Assembly (NCBI GenBank): GCA_963715865.1
Contig: OY970280.1
Span: 1,312,001-1,376,000, forward strand
Origin: Candidatus Bathyarchaeota archaeon
Lineage (GTDB): Archaea; Thermoproteota; Bathyarchaeia; Bathyarchaeales; Bathycorpusculaceae
Length of the DNA stretch: 64,000 nucleotides
Reading direction: 5' to 3'
The position numbers and the translations under genes were made by a program. The notes under the pieces were generated by a model that was not told where the DNA came from, did no database searches, and was given only the letters and a program-made list of their open reading frames with translations. Below are positions 40,207 to 49,545 of this stretch, piece after piece (positions within the stretch are counted from its first letter, which is position 1; each line of letters starts with the position of its first letter).

Positions 40207-40419
40207 ATGAGCAGCCTCAAAAACACAATTGAAAAAATAAAAAATTTAGAAACTGAAAAGAAAAACCTTTTACTTGAAATTGAAGAACTCAAAAAAATGG
40301 CTGACGCAAAGGCTACTGCTTTGGAAAGCGAAGTTGGCTCACTGCGGGATGAAGTGAAATCGCTAAAGACTCTGATAAATGGGTCAGAACCAAGCGTAGA
40401 CCAAGGGCTCAAAAAATAA
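40207..40419 (+). CDS. Small coiled-coil protein
   Basis: 70 aa with continuous heptad pattern. Confidence 0.65.
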   Translation: MSSLKNTIEKIKNLETEKKNLLLEIEELKKMADAKATALESEVGSLRDEVKSLKTLINGSEPSVDQGLKK

Positions 40420-40471
40420 ATTTATTTGTATAGTTAGTTAAGCGTTCGAATGACTAGCTTGTTAGTTTTGG

Positions 40472-41335
40472 TTATTGTTGCTCAGGCGGTGAGGGAGTTC
40501 TTTGGAGAAGAGCGTTTACAGCATTAGCCAGCGTGTTGCATGCTGCTTGCCTTGCGTCTATGGATGTGTCAGTTTCGAGTTTTTCAAGCTCTTTATGTAA
40601 ACTGTCCACTTTCTCCGTGATCTCTTGTTTCTTCTTCTCATAACTGTCGTGAAGTTTCTCTTGGTCAGCAGTGAAATTCTGCAGTGCCACTTCTAACTCG
40701 TTCTTTGTGGACTTCAGGTTTTGTTGTGTTTGAGCAAGTTTTTCTGCAGCTTTTTTACGTGCTATCGGCTTGAAAATGCTGATTTTAATTTCTTCTTGGC
40801 TTGCTACATCGTCTTCTAATTCGAGGATTTTATGTGTTAAGCGTTGAACCTCTGCGTTTCTTTTGAAGCTTAGCTCTCTTGTTTTTTCCGCGTATTCTTT
40901 ATCGGTTTCCACTAGGAGATGGTTGGTGTCCGCTAGTTCTTTTGCTTCGCCTGTGAGGTTTGATTCTTGAAGCTTTTTTTCTGCAAGTGCACCTTCAACG
41001 TCAAGGAAAATCTGCGAACGCTCCTTAACAAATTGCTCGTCTACATTTATGGCTGAGTTGGACTCGAATTCTGAAATTATTTGCCGCAGATTCACAAGCC
41101 AATCATCAAAATATTGACTGAAAGGCGAAAGAGCAAAAACTTGATTACCAAGTTTGCTTAAGCCACCGAGGGTTTTCTCCACAACCTCTTTTGCAGAAAA
41201 TTCAGGAGTTTCTTCTAGCAGGTATTTGCCGCCGGACCGCCTTTTTTCTTTTGCTTTCTTTTCATGCGCAGATTTTGAGTATTGCCGAGCAGCGCTTCGG
41301 CGTGAACCAGTTTGAGGCCTAAAGCTCATAAACAA
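40472..41335 (-). CDS. Long coiled-coil hypothetical protein
   Basis: K/E-rich heptads over about 170 aa, basic N-terminus. Confidence 0.72.
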   Translation of the reverse strand: MFMSFRPQTGSRRSAARQYSKSAHEKKAKEKRRSGGKYLLEETPEFSAKEVVEKTLGGLSKLGNQVFALSPFSQYFDDWLVNLRQIISEFESNSAINVDEQFVKERSQIFLDVEGALAEKKLQESNLTGEAKELADTNHLLVETDKEYAEKTRELSFKRNAEVQRLTHKILELEDDVASQEEIKISIFKPIARKKAAEKLAQTQQNLKSTKNELEVALQNFTADQEKLHDSYEKKKQEITEKVDSLHKELEKLETDTSIDARQAACNTLANAVNALLQRTPSPPEQQ

Positions 41336-41423
41336 ACCAGAGTGCGCAAGAAATATTTAAACAATGACACGTTTCGCAAGATGATTCTGCTTTAGGGTTT
41401 AATGAGGATGACAGCGGCAATTT

Positions 41424-42377
41424 TCAACGATGCGCTTGTTTCTTAGATTTTTTCTCTGGTTTTACAGTCTCCTGAGGCTTACGTTTTCTTAACATCAGTA
41501 CGGTTCCAGCTACTGCAATAAGGACTACCACAATGACTATTGCGTAGATTACCGCTGGGTTGGAGGCGTTATTTGAGTTGACGTCTGTAGGTGATGACGA
41601 GCTTGATGAAGAGCTTCCACTGCCTTGATAGGGAGTAACTATAGGTGCAGTTCCTTGAAGAATTGGTCCTTGCGCCTGAACTAGTAGTGAATAGCTTGAG
41701 ATTTTCTCGCCTGAAGATACCACTGTCTGATTTAAGTCAAGTGCAGCAACTTGGAATGATATTGTTCCAGAAGAAGATAGAGTAGCGGGAGTTAGGTAAT
41801 TTGTGTATCCTACCGCGACTACGGTACCTGTAGCGTTGTAAAAGGTCGCAACCACTGTTATGTTTGTAGCTGTTTGGCTGCCTGTATTTTGAATAATGCC
41901 GTTGACCAAGTAGGCACCGTTATAACCTCCAGTACTGCCAATTGATGCTGAACTGCTTGTGATTTTTAAGTCTGGGTATTGATAGCCGCTTGTTGCATTC
42001 GCTATGAAGGGTGTCAGGGTAATCTTTGAGATGTCTTGCTGTTGCCAGATTCCAATGCTGCTTGAAGGCTGAAATTCCATGTAAAAGGGCGCTTTCTGCT
42101 GTGGCGCTAGGTATGATACCCAAACTTGACAGTAAGAATTACTTTGGTCCGTCCCGTCTGACGAGTACACTGAACCTGTCAGGTAAACTGGATTAACGGT
42201 ATTGGAACCGACATTCTGGATTTCTCCGACGACGTCAAGAATTCCCATGTTGTCAACGTAATAGCTATAGTTTACAATCTTGATGTTTTGTGTTTGGCTA
42301 AATGCGTTCGGAATTAAAGTTAATCCTAAAGATAGGAGTGACAACGCAATAAAGAAATAAATTGTACTCTTTCTCAT
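41424..42377 (-). CDS. Secreted FxLYD-domain protein with Ser-rich linker and C-terminal TM anchor
   Basis: Signal peptide, two repeats of (V/I)xG.(I/V)QNxG...VxxxxY...G, poly-Ser, TM plus RKRK. Confidence 0.7.
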   Translation of the reverse strand: MRKSTIYFFIALSLLSLGLTLIPNAFSQTQNIKIVNYSYYVDNMGILDVVGEIQNVGSNTVNPVYLTGSVYSSDGTDQSNSYCQVWVSYLAPQQKAPFYMEFQPSSSIGIWQQQDISKITLTPFIANATSGYQYPDLKITSSSASIGSTGGYNGAYLVNGIIQNTGSQTATNITVVATFYNATGTVVAVGYTNYLTPATLSSSGTISFQVAALDLNQTVVSSGEKISSYSLLVQAQGPILQGTAPIVTPYQGSGSSSSSSSSPTDVNSNNASNPAVIYAIVIVVVLIAVAGTVLMLRKRKPQETVKPEKKSKKQAHR

Positions 42378-42645
42378 GAAACGTCATCTCATCCGTACAA
42401 GCCCAAGAAAAGAACTTTGTAGTATAAAACGGTTTTTCAAAATTAGACCTAAAAGTCAAAAATGAGCTTGGCTGGATGCGTCGGATAGGTTTTTACTTGG
42501 TTTTGCAAATACAAACTAACGTGGAACAACGGATGCTGTAATTTAATAAATAAAGGCTGATTTTCAAATATTACTAATAGAGCAAGAAGTGAAAGCATAA
42601 TTCTTAAATGTAAAAGTATGGATATGCTATTTACAAGGGAATCTT

Positions 42646-43116
42646 ATGGCTGAAAAGTTACATCCCTATGTAGTATTTCTACCAACCGAGAAAAAAGATA
42701 AGATACTAAGCGCCATATTCGGTTCAAAGGCAGGCGTCGACGTTTTAAGATTCTCACTAAAACAGGGGATATCAAAAAATATCTATCAAAAAGATCTCGT
42801 GAAAAAATTAAATTACTCAAACAAGACAATCATCGAAAACCTAAAAGCCCTAACCACATTGGGTGTTTTAAACGAAAGCATGGAGAAAAACGAGAAAGAG
42901 GGGAGAATCATCTGGGTAAAAACCTACCAACTAACAAACCTAGGGAAATGGTTTGCTCTGTTGCTGGCAGAAGAAAAAGAACTCTCAGAAAAAGAAAAAG
43001 CCGAAATTCTCCAAAGCCTATTCCGAACCTACGTGAAACAGGTTAAACGCTTAGCAGAAGAAATCGGCATAAACAAGAAAACGCTCGAAGAAACCTTCAG
43101 AGAAGAAATGAAGTAA
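42646..43116 (+). CDS. Winged-helix transcription regulator
   Basis: IYQKDLVKKLNYSNKTIIENLKALTTLGVL...YQLTNLG. Confidence 0.7.
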   Translation: MAEKLHPYVVFLPTEKKDKILSAIFGSKAGVDVLRFSLKQGISKNIYQKDLVKKLNYSNKTIIENLKALTTLGVLNESMEKNEKEGRIIWVKTYQLTNLGKWFALLLAEEKELSEKEKAEILQSLFRTYVKQVKRLAEEIGINKKTLEETFREEMK

Positions 43117-43272
43117 CCCTAAAAACCAACGGAACCAAAAATCAGAAATTTATTGGGTTGTGGGGTTTGGAGATAGTTTGAGGGGGGAGAAGGGAGAGCG
43201 TGCAAAAATATAATTTCTCCAAACCTTTCCACCCAACCCATTGTTTTTGGTTTTTGTTTTTTGCCCTCCATG

Positions 43273-44457
43273 TTACAAGGCTTTGAAAGCGTCGAACCAT
43301 CTGTTATACATCGACAACATGTCTAAGGAAACGCTTGGTTTGCGTTCTTCCAAGATTTGTCGGAAATCAGCCATCGTTAACGCTCTTGGCTTTGCCTCTT
43401 TATCCATTGCTTTGCCGGACTCGAAGAATTCGCCGATGAGGCTTAGCTGGGCTGATTGGCAAACGTCTCGTATGTCGCTTCCTGAGAAGCCCTCAGAAAG
43501 CCGTGCTAATTCCTGCAGGTCCACATCCGTGTCTACCTGCAGATTGCTTGAGTAAAGCTTAAGCATGCTCAGTCTAGTGGCGTTATCCGCTAATGGAACA
43601 AGAATTCTTTTCTGGAAACGCCGAATAAACGCCCAATCCAAATCCCAAGGCTTATTCGTGGCGCCAATAACGTAAACATGAAGAGCCTTGCCCTTATCAA
43701 CAATGCCGTCCATTTCCTTTAGGAACTGGTTACGGACACGAATTTCTCCGCCGACCTCGTTAGAATGCTGACCCATCAGCGAGTCTAATTCGTCAACAAA
43801 CACGATAGCTGGCTTACCCTCGTTTGCGGATTTGCGAGCTGAACCAAACAATTTAGCAACATTCTGCTCACCTTCCCCAAGCCACTTTGACATAATCGAT
43901 GCCGCATCAATAGAGTAAAAGTTAGCATCAATCTCCGTTGCAACCGCAGCCGCAAGCAAAGTTTTACCGCAGCCAGGTGGACCAAAAAGCAGTATGCCTC
44001 GTGGCCAGCCTAACGGGAACAAGTCAGGTCTTTGAACTGGGTAGACAATGGCTTCTTTGACTGCTTTTTTGGCAGTCTCTAAACCTATGACTTCCTCCCA
44101 ATTCACTTTCGGTTTCTCAGTAACTACAAGCTCTTCGCTGTTTGGTTTTCCGTTTCCGCTACCGTTGCCTTCCGCGGTTGCTCCTCCGCCTTCACCATCA
44201 TTGTTGCTTGCTTCATTCATTTCACGGGATGAAACGGCTCCTTGCAACGCTTTGATTCTTTCTTGATAAGCGATTGCTCTTTGAACGTAAACTTTATTCA
44301 AGCCATATTCAGGGTAAAGCTGCACAAGTTGCAAGAGGCTCTCGATTGCTTTTTGGTAGAAGGTTATGGCTCTGCCTTTTTGCCCTTGCTTATCTAAGCG
44401 TACAGCATCTAAGGCGTAAGTTGTTGCCGCTTTCTCTAGTTCATTTGAGGCGCTCAT
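43273..44457 (-). CDS. cdvC: CdvC/Vps4 AAA+ ATPase with N-terminal MIT domain
   Basis: MIT helices (AVRLDKQG..AITFYQKAIE), GPPGCGKT, FVDELD, GATNKPWDLD.AFIRRF, GFSGSDI. Confidence 0.95.
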   Translation of the reverse strand: MSASNELEKAATTYALDAVRLDKQGQKGRAITFYQKAIESLLQLVQLYPEYGLNKVYVQRAIAYQERIKALQGAVSSREMNEASNNDGEGGGATAEGNGSGNGKPNSEELVVTEKPKVNWEEVIGLETAKKAVKEAIVYPVQRPDLFPLGWPRGILLFGPPGCGKTLLAAAVATEIDANFYSIDAASIMSKWLGEGEQNVAKLFGSARKSANEGKPAIVFVDELDSLMGQHSNEVGGEIRVRNQFLKEMDGIVDKGKALHVYVIGATNKPWDLDWAFIRRFQKRILVPLADNATRLSMLKLYSSNLQVDTDVDLQELARLSEGFSGSDIRDVCQSAQLSLIGEFFESGKAMDKEAKPRALTMADFRQILEERKPSVSLDMLSMYNRWFDAFKAL

Positions 44458-44471
44458 TTTTTGTTCTTCTC

Positions 44472-45391
44472 CTATTCAGGCGATTTTAACTCAATTTTTA
44501 TTTTGCCCTTTGTTCCCAAATTCTCAAGGGCACGCTCAATGTCTTCATTGGAAGTTTGCAGTTCACTTGAACAGCGACTTAAATCTATCTCGCCATTAGT
44601 CTTGCGGACATATTCGAGAAGCACATCTTCCAAGCAAGGCTTTTCAACCTTCAACGAGAATTCTTTAATTTCAGACTTCTTGTACGAGAATAGAGTCTTT
44701 GATGGTTCAAATCCAGTTTCTTCAGAAGCTTTATGTCCAAAAACCTGTGAAGAGCTGGCCGTGAGGGCAACAAGCTCCTTAATCGGCGTTTTCTCTTTCA
44801 CTTGTGAAGCGACAGGTGGTTCTGGAAGAGTTTCAGCTAATTTCTGCTCCATGAAGCATGCGACTTCTTTTAGTATTTCTTCGCCACCTTCCGTCTTCTT
44901 TCCCACCGGAATCAAGTTTTCATCTGTTGAAATCTTTGCTGCATGAAGCGTTTCTTGGATTGTTTCATTAACGGTATTAAGTTCTGAGCTGACATCAGGC
45001 AAAAGTTGGAATAGCTCTTGAGAAACACCTTGAAGCAACCGCAATGCAGGCTTCAAATCGGCAACAATGTCACCTAGTTCTCTTATTGTTTCAAGGCGAA
45101 GAATCACACGTTCAATAGCTAACTGAACATTATAGAGAAACTTTACAAGTTTTCGAACTTCAGCAATTTCAGTAGCGCATATTGCAGCTTTTTCTTTATT
45201 GTTCTTTTTCAGGGCACCCATGCAAGTTTCAAAAAGTATTCGGTCTCTTTCTTTTAAGCGAAAACTTGCCTGCTCCAGCTTATTTTGCTGAATCTTAAGT
45301 GTGGCAATAGATTTGGCAGCGACTTCACGTATAGGTGGAGGGGTTGGGTTAGTTAGACCTTTGATATCTTATCCCTCCACAGAAATGGCAT
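44472..45391 (-). CDS. cdvB: CdvB (ESCRT-III with C-terminal winged helix); apparent frameshift near 45362-45370
   Basis: The ESCRT-III core continues upstream of the ORF-track ATG (DIKGLTNPTPPPIREVAAKSIATLKIQQNKLEQASFRLKERDRILFETCMG). ATG 45391 (MPFLWRDKI) is in another frame. Proline-rich LPEPP and a wH tail follow. Confidence 0.85.
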
Positions 45392-45399
45392 TTTGGCTA

Positions 45400-46113
45400 T
45401 TATATGCCAGCTTTACCAATCTCTTTTACGTAAACAACCACTGGAGGCTCAGGCAGTTTTGGAGCATCATTTACATGTTCTGCATAAATTTTTGATTTCT
45501 GCGGGATTTCTAGCGAATCGCCTAGCAGTACGCTTGAAACTTTGCTTTTTGTCAATTCAAAATCTGTTTTTTCTGAGGTTGCACGTTTAAGTGTTTCTTG
45601 GAGCAGCGCGAAAGCTGACTTGTAGTTTTCTTCGTCTACTTTTCCTATTTCATGTTCGATTTCAAGATTGGCAATGGCATAGCTTAGGGATGATATTTCT
45701 TCTTTGCATCGTTCAATTTCTATGGCAGCTTCATCGATAATGACTTGCGCGTCCTTCTTTAGTTGAGTTAAAACGCTCTGAAAACTATTATGAAGTTCTT
45801 GGTAGAGTTCTGGAGCGATTTTTCTTTTTTCATTCAGATCTTTTAGGGCTTGGTCTTTTCGCCATATGAGAGGTATTTGGTCGCAAAGGATACTTGCTTG
45901 ATTTTTAATTTTTGATATGAATGTGACTTCAGCGCCATTAAATCTTAAGTTTTCCATGGTATGTTTTGAGAATTGACCGTCACCAAACTCGATAAATACA
46001 GCGTCAAATTTCCCGCTTGGTGTTAATCCGAAAGATGCAACTTTACCGATTATACGACCGTACTCGTTTTTAATAGGTTTACCAATATAAAGAAAAAGAT
46101 TGGAGTTAGACAT
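45400..46113 (-). CDS. cdvA: CdvA (PRC-barrel plus coiled coil)
   Basis: YIGKPIKNEYGRIIGKV PRC barrel, LIWRKDQAL, LEIEHEIG, C-terminal beta-strand VVVYV. Confidence 0.9.
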   Translation of the reverse strand: MSNSNLFLYIGKPIKNEYGRIIGKVASFGLTPSGKFDAVFIEFGDGQFSKHTMENLRFNGAEVTFISKIKNQASILCDQIPLIWRKDQALKDLNEKRKIAPELYQELHNSFQSVLTQLKKDAQVIIDEAAIEIERCKEEISSLSYAIANLEIEHEIGKVDEENYKSAFALLQETLKRATSEKTDFELTKSKVSSVLLGDSLEIPQKSKIYAEHVNDAPKLPEPPVVVYVKEIGKAGI

Positions 46114-46133
46114 GTTTGTTTTTTCCTCCTATT

Positions 46134-46799
46134 TTAGAAACTCTCTGTTGATTTCTCTGCTTGTGAGGCTGGGGCTGATGGCATTCCTGGGGGCAGATCT
46201 GGGAACTTGTCCTTGATCTTCTGCTCAGCGACTGTTGCTGCTTCTGTGAGAATCTTTGCTGCGTCTTCGTTTACTGTGTCAAAGTTTAGTGTCATTCCTG
46301 AACCTTGGCCTGCTTCGATCATTATTCCGCTTAGCATGTTGCCAATTTCGCCTAGTTCGTTTTCTGCTTCTGGAAATACGCTTACTAAGCCTGCTCTGAC
46401 TGAACGTAGAACTCCTACGGCTGGGCCTAAGGTTGATACTACGTCGCCTAGTTCTGATACTGTTCGTAACCGTAATGTGATTTGTTCGAGTGCAAGTTTA
46501 GCGTTCATGATTAACTTTGACATTTTCCGAACTTCAGCTAACTCGTTGGCGAAAACGTTTGCGCGTGCACTGTCATGTTTTGCATAAGCATCAACTATTC
46601 TGGCGAAGATTGCTTTGTCTCTTTGGCTGAACCTGTCTGTGGCTTGGTCAAGCTTTTGTACTTGAAGTTCGATGCGTCTGACGGCGAAGTCAAGTCGTGG
46701 CTTCAATGGTCCTGGTGGCTTCACGGCGTCTTTAATGCGGTTTGAGAATGGCTCATCTTCCCTTTTGCTTTCCCACTTTTTTGCAAATCTTTCTGACAA
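46134..46799 (-). CDS. ESCRT-III/Snf7 paralogue without winged helix (CdvB1/B2-like)
   Basis: RANVFANELAEVRKM, LEQITLRLRTVSELGD, ILTEAATVAEQKIKDKFPDLP. Confidence 0.9.
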   Translation of the reverse strand: MSERFAKKWESKREDEPFSNRIKDAVKPPGPLKPRLDFAVRRIELQVQKLDQATDRFSQRDKAIFARIVDAYAKHDSARANVFANELAEVRKMSKLIMNAKLALEQITLRLRTVSELGDVVSTLGPAVGVLRSVRAGLVSVFPEAENELGEIGNMLSGIMIEAGQGSGMTLNFDTVNEDAAKILTEAATVAEQKIKDKFPDLPPGMPSAPASQAEKSTESF

Positions 46800-47025
46800 T
46801 TTAAATTACCTCTGCAAGACAAAAATGCGGAAAACAATCTTATACATTGTTAACATGATGGAAATATGCTCGTATATATGTACAGATATACGTCATGTAA
46901 AAAATGGTTATAGCCTTTAACTATAAGAGTAAAAGATGATGCTAGCGCTAAAGCGATTAGACAAAAAAATGTAAGTTAGACTAAAAAGAAGCGTGAACTA
47001 ATGCTAAAACAAAAAGGTGAATTGA

Positions 47026-47250
47026 ATGAACAGCAGATTGAAAATATTCGGCTTAATAGCTCTTTTAGGCTTCGTAGCAGGCGTCATAGCACAGCTCACA
47101 GCAGTAGTTATTATCCCATGGCTTGTGGAAGTTTTACCGTTGCTAGGCGGTGCAACAACCTACATAATTTCAGGATTCGCCGGTGCATGCCTAACAGTTG
47201 TGCTTGTCGGCGTTTGGGCGTACATGACTGGGAAAAAAGAGCCCTACTAA
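47026..47250 (+). CDS. Small two-TM membrane protein
   Basis: Two hydrophobic helices; GGTGA SD. Confidence 0.7.
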   Translation: MNSRLKIFGLIALLGFVAGVIAQLTAVVIIPWLVEVLPLLGGATTYIISGFAGACLTVVLVGVWAYMTGKKEPY

Positions 47251-47314
47251 ATAAGAGCCTACTCTCCAGCCTCTTTCTTTATTGAAATCTTACTTTTTTA
47301 ACTAAAAATTAATT

Positions 47315-47339
47315 CCTTCATCCTTTGCGTTTCATTTTT
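47315..47339 (+). repeat. 25-bp direct repeat flanking vapBC (second copy 48167-48191)
   Basis: ccttcatcctttgcgtttcattttt, identical at both positions. Confidence 0.92.
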
Positions 47340-47365
47340 TGTTGACTTCCCCGTAAGGAGTTCGT

Positions 47366-47770
47366 TTATGCCCATTTGGTTTTGATTTCTTTAATTTGTT
47401 TAAGGTGTTTGTCGTCGGTGAGGATAAAGTCGGCTGAGGATTTGATGGCGGAGGCTGCTATGATTGCGTCTGCTGTGGGCAAGTCTGTGTATTTGCATCT
47501 TAATCTAGCGGCTTCGATTGCTATGTTTGAATCTAGGTTGAGGGTGGTTAATTTTGATTTCAGGATAATGTTAGCTCGGATGTTGGCCACATCTATGCCA
47601 AGGGTTTGCATTTCAAACTTGTAGAATTCGTGAATTACTATGGAGGGTACGATTCCATGGTTAGCTTCTTTTTGAAGGGTTTCCAGGGTTGTTTTGGTCC
47701 ACTTTTTTGTTTCTTCATCCGGGGCCAGAAAATGTGTGACTAAAAATCGGGTGTCTATGACGGCTTGCAT
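47366..47770 (-). CDS. vapC: PIN-domain toxin (VapC)
   Basis: AVIDTRFL, IVIHEF, TADAIIAASA, ILTDDKH; start set at ATG 47770. Confidence 0.9.
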   Translation of the reverse strand: MQAVIDTRFLVTHFLAPDEETKKWTKTTLETLQKEANHGIVPSIVIHEFYKFEMQTLGIDVANIRANIILKSKLTTLNLDSNIAIEAARLRCKYTDLPTADAIIAASAIKSSADFILTDDKHLKQIKEIKTKWA

Positions 47771-47771
47771 G

Positions 47772-47999
47772 TTAATATCTGTCTTCAGAGCGCATTTTGT
47801 CAATGATTTCGAGGGCTTTTTCCACGGTCATTTTTCCGGCGTCTATACCTGCGAGGTTTTCGATTTTTGGAATGACTTTGAAAATTATGCCGGAGGGGGA
47901 ATCTTCAACGGTCATTTTCATGCCTTCCTCTATATTGTATTTGCGTCTTAACTCGATTGGGACGGTAACTTGACCTTTGCGAGTAACCATTACTTCCAT
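47772..47999 (-). CDS. vapB: AbrB/MazE/SpoVT antitoxin (VapB)
   Basis: VTRKGQVTVPIELRRKYNIEEG, directly upstream of the PIN gene. Confidence 0.9.
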   Translation of the reverse strand: MEVMVTRKGQVTVPIELRRKYNIEEGMKMTVEDSPSGIIFKVIPKIENLAGIDAGKMTVEKALEIIDKMRSEDRY

Positions 48000-48169
48000 A
48001 ATCCGACCTCAACTTCTGGTACAACTTAATATGAAAGTACTACTTAACTTTTGTGGCGGAATTAAGGATTAACCCGAATCAGGTTATCGCCAGAGTAAGA
48101 GTTTCAATTCTCATGCTTTGTGTTTGCGAGATTATGGATTGTTTGGCAGGCGATGTCTCGTTTTAGCCT

Positions 48170-49192
48170 TCATCCTTTGCGTTTCATTTTACCGTAAATC
48201 AGAAGTGGCAAACCTAGGAAAACGCAAGCTACTGCCCACAGATTGGGATTGTGAAGTGGACCTATTACTTCGTACCATACGCTTGGATGAGCTTCGTAGC
48301 CGCCAGTAAGATAGAAATACAGTAAATTGAAAAGGAAGTAGCCTCCGAACGCCGTCAAAACTATTCCTATGCGTGTCAAGTTGAGGCTGGTTGTCTGTTT
48401 TTTGATTGCAGGAAGAGTTGATATTAACGTTGCAATGGCTAGTGCTAACAAACCGAAAACGGTTAGGCTAAAGCTGAGTAGATTGGCAGGTTGCAGCAGA
48501 AAATCCAGCCCATACTGTTCATAAACTCGGGTGTAAGGAACCGTGATGCCAGCCCACAGCATAGAGTAATTGAACCAGAAAACAACGAAGAGGTATGCAA
48601 CTGCGGTCAAGCAGCTCCATTTAACGATTTCTTGATTGGATGACTCATGCTTGATGGCTGCTCTGAGCTTTAGCAGGAGCGGCGGAACAACAAGGACAAT
48701 TGCAAGACATGGGATTGCTGTACCATAGAGCAAGAGCAGCCCTGGAGTATGGCCAAAGTAGAACAGGTTTTCGCTTGTTGAGTTATAGGCGAGTGCGGCG
48801 ATGATTGAAGGAATCAAAGCTAGAAAGAATCCAGCTTCCAGTAGCAGTGCGGTGCTGGCACTTTTTCTTATTTTTGGCATTGCCGCGTCTTTTTTTCTCC
48901 AAAACAGAAAAGCTGCATAAACAGCAAAGGCTCCTGCGATGGCACGACTGATAATTGCAACTGACCCAGAGACGCCCTCACTGCCATAGAAGAGGACCAT
49001 CCACCACCAAGAGTTCTGCGACAGCGAATTGTAAATGTACTGATTGGAGATCATGCCTACACTGTCGCGCATTCCGCTCGCTGCAAAGTAGAGAGCGTAC
49101 GCAAAATAGGCAGCAACTACAATTAAAATCCAGAAGCGAAGGGAACCCGCATATTTCTCAAGCCATTTTCCCATCAGAGCTCGCCAATCCAC
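48170..49192 (-). CDS. Multi-pass membrane protein (about 8 TM), function unknown
   Basis: Alternating hydrophobic segments; ends with HPSVWYEVIGPLHNPNLW...GKMKRKG. Confidence 0.75.
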   Translation of the reverse strand: MDWRALMGKWLEKYAGSLRFWILIVVAAYFAYALYFAASGMRDSVGMISNQYIYNSLSQNSWWWMVLFYGSEGVSGSVAIISRAIAGAFAVYAAFLFWRKKDAAMPKIRKSASTALLLEAGFFLALIPSIIAALAYNSTSENLFYFGHTPGLLLLYGTAIPCLAIVLVVPPLLLKLRAAIKHESSNQEIVKWSCLTAVAYLFVVFWFNYSMLWAGITVPYTRVYEQYGLDFLLQPANLLSFSLTVFGLLALAIATLISTLPAIKKQTTSLNLTRIGIVLTAFGGYFLFNLLYFYLTGGYEAHPSVWYEVIGPLHNPNLWAVACVFLGLPLLIYGKMKRKG

Positions 49193-49545
49193 TTTGTAGG
49201 TTTTGGGCTATTTAGTTCTAATGGAGGAACAATTTGTTCCACCCCTGGAACAGTACACTTTGCTTGTTTGATTGTTTACTTTGGCTGAAATAGGATGTTT
49301 TAGTGGACTCGGTAGCGGAAAAAGATGTCATTCGCCTTAAGCGTCTTCGTACCTCGATTTCCTCATTGTCCGAAGTTATAGAGCATCGCACCAATTTATT
49401 TACGTTTCCTGAAGAGTTAGTCTCGTTTTCGCAGTTCCTATCGGTGAATCTCTGCATTTTCTTCTTTGAGAACCTTGATTGAATTCTCTAGTAGTTACGA
49501 TTGTGAAATAAAAAATACATATAAGTCATTTCTGTCCTGCTGTTA

